From Chryseobacterium gleum (GTDB lineage Bacteria; Bacteroidota; Bacteroidia; Flavobacteriales_D; UBA2798): 48,303 nt of DNA. This document shows positions 1 to 8,299 of the stretch, one piece after another. The stretch spans positions 1 to 48,303 of the forward strand of contig CAMBFX010000003.1 of NCBI GenBank assembly GCA_945865695.1, given 5' to 3'. The position numbers were made by a program, and so were the translations under genes. The notes under the pieces were generated by a model. That model saw only the letters and a program-made list of their open reading frames with translations, searched no databases and had not been told where the DNA came from. Within the stretch, counting starts at the first letter, position 1; every line of letters starts with the position of its first letter.

Positions 1-1812
1 ATGGACTTCTTGGGATTAAAAACGTTGACGATTATTCGTGATGCATTAGCATTGATCAAGAAAAATAAAAATATTGATATCGATATTGATAAAGTTCCAT
101 TGGATGATGCAAAAACTTTAGAATTGTATCAGCAAGGTTCTACCACTGGAACATTCCAGTTTGAATCGGTTGGAATGCAAAAATATTTGAAGGAATTAAA
201 ACCCGATCAGTTTGAAGATTTAATTGCGATGAATGCCTTGTATCGTCCGGGACCGATTGAATATATTCCAAGTTTTATTAAGCGTAAACATAAATTAGAA
301 GAAGTTTCTTATGATTTACCAGAGATGGGCGAACTCCTCGAAGAAACGTATGGAATTACGGTTTACCAAGAGCAAGTAATGTTGCTCTCGCAAAAACTCG
401 CGAATTTTACTAAAGGCGATGCCGATACTTTGCGAAAAGCAATGGGTAAAAAGTTGATTGATGTTTTGAATAAAATGAAAAATAAATTTATCGATGGAGC
501 TGTTGCCAATGGGCATCCCGCAGATAAATTAGAAAAAATATGGACCGACTGGGAAGCATTTGCATCGTATGCTTTCAATAAATCACATTCTACTTGCTAT
601 GCTTTTGTAGCATTCCAGACTGCGTATTTAAAAGCACATTACCCTGCAGAATACATGGCTTCGGTATTAACGCATAACTTGAGTAATATCGATAATATTA
701 CTTTCTTCATGGAAGAATGTAAGCGAATGGGCATTCCTGTATTAGGACCAGATGTAAATGAAAGTGATTTTCAATTTTCGGTGAACGAGAAAAATGAAAT
801 TCGTTTTGGAATGGGCGCGATTAGAGGTGTTGGAGAAAATGCGGTAATTTCTATTGTAGAAGAAAGAGATAAAGCAGGAAAATTCAAATCAGTTTTTGAA
901 TTGGTGCGCAGAATAAATTTAAAAACGTTTAATAGAAGAACTTTTGAAAGCTTGGTTTTAGCAGGAGCATTGGATAGTTTCGGAATTAAACGTCCGGCTT
1001 ATTTCATGGAGGAAAGTGCAGGAAATAATTTCATTGGGAAAATATTAAAATATGGAAATTCCCATCAAGATGGAGAAAATTCCAATCAACAATCTTTATT
1101 TGGTGATTCGGTTGAAGTAGAAATAGCAGAACCAGCAGCACCACATAGCGAAGATTGGGGAACCTTAGAAAGATTGAAGAAAGAAAAAGAAGTAGTAGGA
1201 TTTTTTATTTCAGGACATCCATTAGATGATTATAAAATAGAGTTGAAACATATTTGTGAGGGAACATTAAGTGAATTGAATGAAGTGGGAACTGGTTTCT
1301 CCTCTAAAGTTTTTAAAATTGGTGGAATCATTTCTACTGTAGAACATCGCACCACCAAGACTGGAAAACCGATGGGATTTTTTACCGTGGAAGATTATCA
1401 TGCCACTACCCGATTTGTTTTGTTTGACGAACAGTATATGAAATTGCGCCACATGTTAGTGGAAAATACTTTTGTTTTCATTCATGGAAAAATGGAAAAA
1501 AGAAGATTTGGAAATATGGACGAACATGAATTCAAGATTTCTCAAATGGAAATTTTGGCATTGGTCAGAGAGAAATTAGCGAAGTGGCTGCAAATAAAAT
1601 TGGATTTGATTGATGTGAACGAAAAATTGATTGATGATATAGAAAAATTATTTACTGAAAATAAAGGAAAATGCAGAGTGAAATTTTCTGTTTCAGATTC
1701 TGCGGAACAGATTAAAATAGATTTGCCTAGTAACGGGAACGGGATTAATGTAACGAATGAATTGTTGTTTGCGCTGGAAGAAATGAAATTGGGATATGAG
1801 ATTTTGACTTGA
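1..1812 (+). CDS. dnaE: DNA polymerase III alpha subunit, C-terminal part (5'-truncated by window edge)
   Basis: Motifs MDFLGLKTLTII, GTFQFES, ALYRPGP, TYGITVYQEQVM, LRKAMGKK, YAFNKSHS, PDVNES, EKEVVGFFISGHPL and a C-terminal OB-fold region. The frame starts at an internal Met. Confidence 0.98.
   Translation: MDFLGLKTLTIIRDALALIKKNKNIDIDIDKVPLDDAKTLELYQQGSTTGTFQFESVGMQKYLKELKPDQFEDLIAMNALYRPGPIEYIPSFIKRKHKLEEVSYDLPEMGELLEETYGITVYQEQVMLLSQKLANFTKGDADTLRKAMGKKLIDVLNKMKNKFIDGAVANGHPADKLEKIWTDWEAFASYAFNKSHSTCYAFVAFQTAYLKAHYPAEYMASVLTHNLSNIDNITFFMEECKRMGIPVLGPDVNESDFQFSVNEKNEIRFGMGAIRGVGENAVISIVEERDKAGKFKSVFELVRRINLKTFNRRTFESLVLAGALDSFGIKRPAYFMEESAGNNFIGKILKYGNSHQDGENSNQQSLFGDSVEVEIAEPAAPHSEDWGTLERLKKEKEVVGFFISGHPLDDYKIELKHICEGTLSELNEVGTGFSSKVFKIGGIISTVEHRTTKTGKPMGFFTVEDYHATTRFVLFDEQYMKLRHMLVENTFVFIHGKMEKRRFGNMDEHEFKISQMEILALVREKLAKWLQIKLDLIDVNEKLIDDIEKLFTENKGKCRVKFSVSDSAEQIKIDLPSNGNGINVTNELLFALEEMKLGYEILT
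1776..1810 (+). repeat. dnaE 3'-end direct repeat, copy 1 (native gene end)
   Basis: GGAAGAAATGAAATTGGGATATGAGATTTTGACTT, identical (35/35) to 3396-3430. Confidence 0.95.
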
Positions 1813-1814
1813 GG

Positions 1815-1893
1815 ATCCTGACGAACTCGAGGACTCGTTGTCTGGATTAGTTCGACCATCGCTTTTCATTTCGATTGCATATCATGAAAATCG
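1815..1893. repeat. Two imperfect palindromes (REP-like hairpins) directly after the dnaE stop
   Basis: 1815-1847 ATCC-T-GAC...CGAG-GA-CTCG...GTC-T-GGAT nested stem. 1860-1893 CGCTTTTCAT...ATGAAAATCG stem (9/10 pairs). Neither has a poly-U tail. Confidence 0.55.
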
Positions 1894-1905
1894 GGTCTCA
1901 CTAAG

Positions 1906-1935
1906 ATGAAGTTGGGGTATGAGATTTTGACTTGA
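1906..1935 (+). repeat. dnaE 3'-end direct repeat, copy 2
   Basis: ATGAAGTTGGGGTATGAGATTTTGACTTGA versus 1783-1812: 28/30 identical, both differences synonymous (MKLGYEILT*). Confidence 0.92.
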
Positions 1936-2079
1936 GATTTTTTTTAACTCTTTTCGTATTTTGAATTATTTTAATGGTTAAATTTATTTATTATTTTCAC
2001 TCAATGAAAAGTCTAAATTAGGAGTAGCATTACACTTTATTTGAGTTAGAAAAAACATCGAAGAAAAAAATAAAAAGAA

Positions 2080-3069
2080 GTGAGTACAGAATTAATCATA
2101 TACCAAACCGAAGACGGTAAAACAAAAATACAAGCTCGGCTTAAAGATGAAACGGTATGGCTTACACAGGAGCAAATTGCTGTTTTGTTTCAGCGCGACC
2201 AATCTGTTGTTTCAAGGCATATTAACAATGTATTTAAAGAGAGCGAGTTAGACAAAAAAAGCAATATGCAAAAAATGCATAATGCAAATTCAGATAAACC
2301 GATTCTTTTGTATAACCTAGATGTGGTTATTTCCGTAGGTTACCGGGTAAAATCACTACGTGGTGTACAATTTCGCAAATGGGCTACAGCCTTGATAAAA
2401 GAATATATCATCAAAGGCTTTGCCATGAACGATGAGTTATTGAAAGAAGCAGGAGGTGGCAACTATTTTGATGAATTACTTGCACGAATAAGAGATATCC
2501 GTTCTTCAGAAAAAGTATTTTGGCGTAAAGTTTTAGATATTTATGCTACAAGTATAGATTATGAAGCTTCTGATTCACTTTCTCAAACATTTTTCAAAAC
2601 TATACAAAATAAAATGCACTGGGCAGCACACGGGCATACTGCTGCCGAAATAATACACCAAAGAGCTGATGCAGGAAAGCAACATATTGGTTTAACTCAT
2701 TTTAAAGGCAATACACCAACCAAACAAGAAACCGAAATAGCTAAGAATTATTTAAATAAACAAGAACTCGAAATTTTGAATCGGATGGTAACTGCATATC
2801 TAGAAGTAGCCGAAATACAAGCAATGAATAGACAGCCCATGTTTATGAAAGATTGGATTCTTCGCCTCGATGGCTTTTTAGCTATGACTGGCAAAGACAT
2901 ATTAGACCATACTGGAACAATTAGCCACGAAACAGCAATAGAAAAAGCGCATTTGGAATATGAAAAATACAAAAAACTGACCGGAAGCGAACTTAGTAAA
3001 GTTGAGCAGGATTTTGTAAAACAAATTGAAAATACAGCAAATCAATTAAAAAAAAGTAAAAAGAAATAA
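2080..3069 (+). CDS. rhuM: RhuM-family protein (virulence RhuM family), intact
   Basis: ETVWLTQ, YNLDVVISVGYRVKS..G.QFR.WAT, EY..KGFAMND, YFDELLARIRDIRSSEK, QNKMHWAAHGHTAAE, AKNYL motifs; GTG start. Confidence 0.9.
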   Translation: MSTELIIYQTEDGKTKIQARLKDETVWLTQEQIAVLFQRDQSVVSRHINNVFKESELDKKSNMQKMHNANSDKPILLYNLDVVISVGYRVKSLRGVQFRKWATALIKEYIIKGFAMNDELLKEAGGGNYFDELLARIRDIRSSEKVFWRKVLDIYATSIDYEASDSLSQTFFKTIQNKMHWAAHGHTAAEIIHQRADAGKQHIGLTHFKGNTPTKQETEIAKNYLNKQELEILNRMVTAYLEVAEIQAMNRQPMFMKDWILRLDGFLAMTGKDILDHTGTISHETAIEKAHLEYEKYKKLTGSELSKVEQDFVKQIENTANQLKKSKKK

Positions 3070-3131
3070 TTATTCCGAAATAGTTCTTTTAACATACGAT
3101 CAAACTGGACAAAGTTCTACAGACGAAAAAT

Positions 3132-3344
3132 TTAGATTTACCCGATGTGAATGAAAAACGGATTGATGATAAAGAAAAATTATTTACAGAACATAAAGGA
3201 AAATGCAGGGTGAAGTTTTCTGTTTCTGATTCTGCAGAACAGATTAAAATTGATTTGCCTTCTAATGGAAATGGAATTAATGTAACGAATGAATTATTGT
3301 TTGCGCTGGAAGAAATGAAACTTGGTTACGAAATATTAACTTAG
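3132..3344 (+). pseudogene. Duplicated dnaE 3' fragment (~70 codons), copy 3
   Basis: Translates to LDLPDVNEKRIDDKEKLFTEHKGKCRVKFSVSDSAEQIKIDLPSNGNGINVTNELLFALEEMKLGYEILT*, matching the dnaE C-terminus (1600-1812). The last 49 aa are identical despite 17 synonymous codon changes. Confidence 0.95.
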
Positions 3345-3364
3345 AAATATTAAGATTAATTATT

Positions 3365-3390
3365 TCCACCTACGCTAAAGCTACGGTGGA
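3365..3390. repeat. REP-like palindrome
   Basis: TCCACC-TAC-GCT-AA-AGC-TAC-GGTGGA: GC-rich hairpin with symmetric internal bulges, lying between dnaE-end copies 3 and 4. Confidence 0.6.
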
Positions 3391-3395
3391 CGAAG

Positions 3396-3432
3396 GGAAG
3401 AAATGAAATTGGGATATGAGATTTTGACTTAG
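3396..3432 (+). repeat. dnaE 3'-end direct repeat, copy 4
   Basis: 3396-3430 is identical to 1776-1810 and ends in TAG instead of TGA. Confidence 0.95.
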
Positions 3433-3543
3433 GGAATTAATCTAATTCTATGCATAAACTCAATTCACAAGACGTTCTATTTCGATCCCCCATTTGAAAT
3501 GAACCCTTCTGCAATCCAACTGTACTATATCTAAATTAGCCTT

Positions 3544-3927
3544 ATGAAAAATTTATACATCCTCCTATTATCGCTTATTTCAATAAATTCATTAGCACAA
3601 ACAGAGGTAATGAGCATGATGGGAATGAAGGAGCATGTTTTCCGCACACTTCAAGATGATTTTTTCTATGACTCAAAAGACACTATAGTTATTGAGCAAG
3701 AAAATGGAAATTTAGTGAATTATATTTTCAAAGGTGGAATAGTTGATCACGCTATTATTGTGAGAAGTGCCAATCAAATGACAACTACTTTAACTTGGCT
3801 AGAAACATTAACGAAAGAAGATGATTATTACTTTTATTCCATGAATGATCATCTTTATGGTCTATTTTTAATGGAATTAATGGATGAATCTTATTTTGGA
3901 TTATTTGTAACAAGAATGCCGGATTAA
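3544..3927 (+). CDS. Hypothetical secreted protein
   Basis: 127 aa, Sec signal MKNLYILLLSLISINSLA|Q; no recognised domain. Confidence 0.75.
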   Translation: MKNLYILLLSLISINSLAQTEVMSMMGMKEHVFRTLQDDFFYDSKDTIVIEQENGNLVNYIFKGGIVDHAIIVRSANQMTTTLTWLETLTKEDDYYFYSMNDHLYGLFLMELMDESYFGLFVTRMPD

Positions 3928-3977
3928 AGATTTAAAGTAGTGATATGATGTAGTTGAAAATGGCCATCATCTAATTT

Positions 3978-4730
3978 TTAATTCCATAATTCATAAAGTT
4001 TTATTTCATCTTCGTTGAGAAAATTCTTAGCAATTCCTACATCTGATTTCTTAACCGAAACTTTTCCTGCCTTATCAAAGGATTTCATACCCAATAAAGG
4101 CAATTCTGCATCTACTCTTCGATAAATCAATTCTGCAGCGGTTTGTTCACTAATTGCCCACAATAATTTATTCTGAATAATCTTAAAAAATTCAACAGTA
4201 CTTTCATCCTTCGGGCTGTAATCGATGCTCGTGGTAAAAATATCTTTTATTTTCTGATAGAAAAACCGTTCTGATAAACGTATTTCCCGAATACGTTCTT
4301 GCAATTCATTGAAATAATTCATTGAATTTCCTGATTTGAAACGGTCATCGTTAAGAGCAAAACCTTTAATAATATATTCTTTTAATCTTTGGGTAGCCCA
4401 GATTCGAAATTGAGTGCCTTGTGGCGATTTAACTCGATATCCTACAGAGATGACTACATCAAGATTGTATAAAAACACCTCATTTTCTTGAACTTTACCT
4501 TGTATTGCGCCATGTTGAGTGGTTGTTCGGGATTTCCGAACAACCACTTTTTCGTCTAATTCTCCTTCCGAAAATAATCCTTTAATGTGTTCGCTGATTG
4601 TAGACTTAGCTTTGCCAAATAATTCACACATTTGAGATTGTGTTAACCAAACAGTTTCATCTTCCAGTTTAACATCAATTTTGATATTTCCTTCTTGGTT
4701 TTGATAAATTAAAATTTCACCTGTATTCAT
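3978..4730 (-). pseudogene. RhuM-family protein, C-terminally truncated
   Basis: Same RhuM motifs (ETVWLTQ, YNLDVVISVGYRVKS, QNKLLWA...TAAE, AKNFLNEDEI). Ends abruptly at KLYELWN*, about 95 aa short of the paralog at 2080-3069. Confidence 0.8.
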
Positions 4731-4752
4731 TTATTAAAATATTGTTGTCAAA

Positions 4753-4760
4753 CAAAGTTA
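4753..4760 (-). promoter_or_regulatory. Putative Bacteroidota -7 promoter element
   Basis: TAACTTTG on the minus strand matches TAnnTTTG, ~23 bp upstream of ATG 4730; no clear -33 TTTG. Confidence 0.45.
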
Positions 4761-5075
4761 AAATATTAAATGAATGAGAATAGAAAAAACTAAATTTTGT
4801 AGTTGAGTTTATTCAAGAGAATTCAAAAGCAATTTTAACTAATCATTTTTTTTCTAGGTGAAACAAATCTCCATTCTTCAACTCATACTCCCTATTAAAC
4901 GCTTCCTGCGAAACTTTAAAATAATCGGCAAGGATGAGAATGGTTTATTTGGATAAACACAATTTAAATGGGAAAATTTACCGCAGAGAACGCAAAGGGC
5001 GCAAAGGGAAGACATGAATTCAAATTCTCAACTCCCCATCAAATTCACAATCAATTTCACCATGATATCCATTTC

Positions 5076-6011
5076 TTAGGGTTTGCTTTCTGCAATAAGG
5101 ATAGTGATTGCAACGAGTGCATTATCCGCAATATATTTGCTTCCATCAGATCGAAAAAGTTTTTTGTTTTTATCAAGGAAGAAAACAAATAATCCTGCTG
5201 CGATTCTTTTGTTTCCATCAGAGAAAGAATGATTCTTTACAACGAAATATAAAAGATGAGCGGCTTTTAAATAAATGCCTGGATATAATTCCTTCCTCTC
5301 AAAAGTTTGATAAATGGTTTCCAATGAACTTCTAAATGATTTATCTTTTTGATTACCGAAAAGTTGTCCAGCTTTGTGAGCTTCTCTCCAAATTTTAATT
5401 TGATCAATGGCTTCTTTGTAATTTAATTGAACTGTTTTTTCTTTTCCCGCATTAGGAATGCTTAATTTTTGATGATCATATTTATCTAATAAATCTAAAG
5501 CATGTGAATATTCGGTCACCACTTTTAATAATCCTATTGCTTCGTCACTCGAGAGTTCTTTTTTCTTTACTACATTTTCGAGTAACTTGATACTTTGTTT
5601 TAATTCATGAAGCTGTTCTTCTTTCGCTTTTAGTTTATCAATATTGACAGCGTAACCTTGGAGCAAATAATCTTTCAAACGTTGAGTTGCCCATTGACGG
5701 AATGCAATTCCTTGTTTGGAATTTACTCTATATCCCAATGAAATAATTACATCTAAATTATAATAATCAATAGTTCTTTCAACAGTTCTACCTGCCTCCT
5801 TTTGAACTGTTGCATTTTTTGCAACAGTTGACTTATAATTAAGCTCCTTTTCTTTGAATATGTTACTTAAATGCCTTGATATAACAGACTTATCCCTTGC
5901 GAATAATTGTGCTAATTGGTTTAATGAGAGCCAAACAGTTTCGCTTTCGAAACGAACTTCAACATGATTTTTTCCGTCCTTACTTTTAAAAATTTCTATT
6001 GCTTTTTCCAT
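5076..6011 (-). CDS. RhuM N-terminal domain + Fic/Doc domain protein (premature stop removes last ~16 codons)
   Basis: N-terminal ETVWLSL...YYNLDVIISLGYRVNS..G..FRQWAT, coiled-coil linker, Doc-type Fic motif HSFSDGNKR. Likely ATG at 6011. After TAA 5076-5078 the frame continues EMDIMVKLIVNLMGS* to 5028. Confidence 0.88.
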   Translation of the reverse strand: MEKAIEIFKSKDGKNHVEVRFESETVWLSLNQLAQLFARDKSVISRHLSNIFKEKELNYKSTVAKNATVQKEAGRTVERTIDYYNLDVIISLGYRVNSKQGIAFRQWATQRLKDYLLQGYAVNIDKLKAKEEQLHELKQSIKLLENVVKKKELSSDEAIGLLKVVTEYSHALDLLDKYDHQKLSIPNAGKEKTVQLNYKEAIDQIKIWREAHKAGQLFGNQKDKSFRSSLETIYQTFERKELYPGIYLKAAHLLYFVVKNHSFSDGNKRIAAGLFVFFLDKNKKLFRSDGSKYIADNALVAITILIAESKP

Positions 6012-6239
6012 ATTTTTCAAATGTTTCAGAGGTGCTCGCAATTTGCGACCACCTCCATTAATAGGTTAATTTTATTAGTAATAAATTAGATTAAATTGTT
6101 TAATAATTTTATAAAATCTATTAAACTCTGGATTTGGGATTCGATAAACAAAATATCCCTTTTCAATTCTGATGATGTAAAAATAAAATGGATTTTTGAG
6201 AAGAAAAAATAAAACTAAATTTTGTAGTCGAAATAAAAA

Positions 6240-6584
6240 CTACTCTTCCTCAATCACCGTAAATTTCTCTGGAGCCACATAACTCAATTCTTCAGAAACG
6301 AAAAAAATGGTATTTGATTTTTGAATAGCGAAAACTTTGTAATTGTACACGGTATCAACAACGGCATTTCCAATTTGGTTTCCATGAGCATAGCGTTCTA
6401 CTACTTTCCTGAAATATTTGGTAGGTTCATAATAATATAAAACTTGTTCATCTCCGTTTTGCTCCACCTTATTAGGTTTACCTTTTTTTGAAAGTAAAGA
6501 GTCGATTGATTTTCCTTCCCAACGTTGGATGCTGCATCCGATTAATAATAATGAGGAAAGCAGAATGAGGATAATTGTTTTCAT
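6240..6584 (-). CDS. Hypothetical small lipoprotein
   Basis: Lipobox LLLIG|C after a hydrophobic signal; KGKP...E...VLYY segment reminiscent of SmpA/OmlA-like folds (weak). Confidence 0.75.
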   Translation of the reverse strand: MKTIILILLSSLLLIGCSIQRWEGKSIDSLLSKKGKPNKVEQNGDEQVLYYYEPTKYFRKVVERYAHGNQIGNAVVDTVYNYKVFAIQKSNTIFFVSEELSYVAPEKFTVIEEE

Positions 6585-6950
6585 ATTAAAAGCGTGTTGG
6601 TGACAATTAATTTAACCAAACCTAATCCAACAAGTTTCGTTTCTCACTTTTTTGGAGCTATTTTAAAAATAGATGTTAAATAACATGAACGGCGTTATAA
6701 ATCATCGTCCAAATTAAATAGCAAAGTTTATTAGATAGCAAATTGACAATTATGCAAATTCTATTGGTTGAGTGTTTTAAAATTCAATATTAAATCAATT
6801 AAATTCTGGATATAAAATCCATTCCATTAATATTTCGCCACTCATTTTCGCTGGATTTCTACCTATATCCCGATAAAATACCACTCATGTAAATAAATAG
6901 CCTATTTGCTTTCCATTTTCTATTTTCGCATTCTAAAATTTTACCTATTT

Positions 6951-8264
6951 ATGAAACTAACTCATTACCTGTGTTTATCGGGATTAGCAATGCTAAGCAT
7001 CGGTGTTTCTGCACAGAAAATTGAATTTCAGGAATACGACCTGAAAAATGGTTTGCATGTCATTTTACATGAAGATCATACAACTCCCATCGTTACTGTA
7101 TCTGTATTGTATCATGTGGGTTCAAAAAACGAAGATCCAAAACGTACAGGATTCGCACATTTTTTCGAGCATTTAATGTTTGAAGGTTCTGCGAATATCG
7201 GTCGTGGCGAATACGGAAAAATTATCGAAGAAAATGGTGGTGTTTTAAATGCCAACACTTCTTTTGATAGAACCTATTATTATGAAATTCTTCCTTCCAA
7301 TCAAATGGAATTAGGTTTGTGGATGGAAGCAGAAAGAATGCTTCAGTTAAAAGTTGATTCTGTAGGTGTAGAAACACAACGCGGTGTAGTAAAAGAAGAA
7401 TTAAATCTTCGTGTATTGAATCAACCTTATGGAAGTATCCTTCAGCAAACATTCAGTCACGCTTTTAAAGTTCATCCTTATCGTTGGACACCCATCGGTG
7501 ATGCGCAATACATCAATGCGGCCACCTATGAAGAATTCATGGATTTTTACAAAACATTTTATGTTCCTAATAATGCAACTATTTCTATCGCGGGAGATTT
7601 TAAACCTGAAGACGCAAAAAAATGGATTGAGAAATATTTTGGACCGATTCCAAAAGGAACAAAAGCAATTCCTCGTCCGAAAGAAGTAGAGCCTAAGCAA
7701 ACTTCTGAAATCAGAGATACTGTTTATGATAATATCCAATTACCAGCTGTAATCATGGGTTATCATATTCCAGGCCAAGGAACACCTGATTATTATGCAG
7801 TGAATATGTTGGCGCAATTATTATCACAGGGAGAAAGTTCAAGAATCGCTAAAAATGTAGTGGACAAACAACAAAAAGCGATTTTCGCAGGAGCCTTTCC
7901 ATTGCCTTCAGAAGATCCTGGATTGACTTTGATGTTTGGAATTTGTAATATGGGAATTCAACCAGATGATTTGGAAAAAGCAATCGGTGCTGAAATTGAA
8001 AAAACACAAACAGAATTAATCAGTGATGAAGAATTTCAGAAATTGAAAAATCAGATTGAATCGGATTTTATTACTTCTAATTCAAGTATGGCTGGAATTG
8101 CAGAAAGTTTAGCTAACTATGAAGTTTATTTCGGTGATGCTAATCTTATCAATACAGAAATCGATCGTTACATGAAAGTAACGAAAGAAGATATTCAACG
8201 TGTAGCAAAAGAATATTTCAGAAAAGAAAATCGCGTTGTTTTATATTATTTACCTAAACCATAA
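6951..8264 (+). CDS. M16 family zinc peptidase (pitrilysin/insulinase), catalytic subunit
   Basis: Inverted zinc motif HFFEH, NANTSFDRT, FY.PNNA...IAGD; signal MKLTHYL...VSA|Q from ATG 6951. Confidence 0.95.
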   Translation: MKLTHYLCLSGLAMLSIGVSAQKIEFQEYDLKNGLHVILHEDHTTPIVTVSVLYHVGSKNEDPKRTGFAHFFEHLMFEGSANIGRGEYGKIIEENGGVLNANTSFDRTYYYEILPSNQMELGLWMEAERMLQLKVDSVGVETQRGVVKEELNLRVLNQPYGSILQQTFSHAFKVHPYRWTPIGDAQYINAATYEEFMDFYKTFYVPNNATISIAGDFKPEDAKKWIEKYFGPIPKGTKAIPRPKEVEPKQTSEIRDTVYDNIQLPAVIMGYHIPGQGTPDYYAVNMLAQLLSQGESSRIAKNVVDKQQKAIFAGAFPLPSEDPGLTLMFGICNMGIQPDDLEKAIGAEIEKTQTELISDEEFQKLKNQIESDFITSNSSMAGIAESLANYEVYFGDANLINTEIDRYMKVTKEDIQRVAKEYFRKENRVVLYYLPKP

Positions 8265-8299
8265 TTCTTCCTTCAACGAAAGAATAATGAAATAATAAA

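Noticed and set aside
1-1812. Split or intein-containing dnaE
   Set aside because: The ORF simply begins at an internal Met at the window edge; no intein motifs are seen in this part.
1600-3344. dnaE tail and its copy as a DGR variable/template repeat pair
   Set aside because: Differences are synonymous and involve all bases (e.g. C/T), not adenine-specific, and no reverse transcriptase is in the window.
1776-3432. 30-35 bp direct repeats as a CRISPR array
   Set aside because: The repeats are dnaE coding sequence, spacing is highly irregular (about 90 to 1400 bp) and no cas genes are present.
4968-5335. Plus-strand ORFs 4968-5192 and 5108-5335 as antitoxins of the Fic protein
   Set aside because: They are largely antisense shadows of the RhuM-Fic gene with no recognisable motif.
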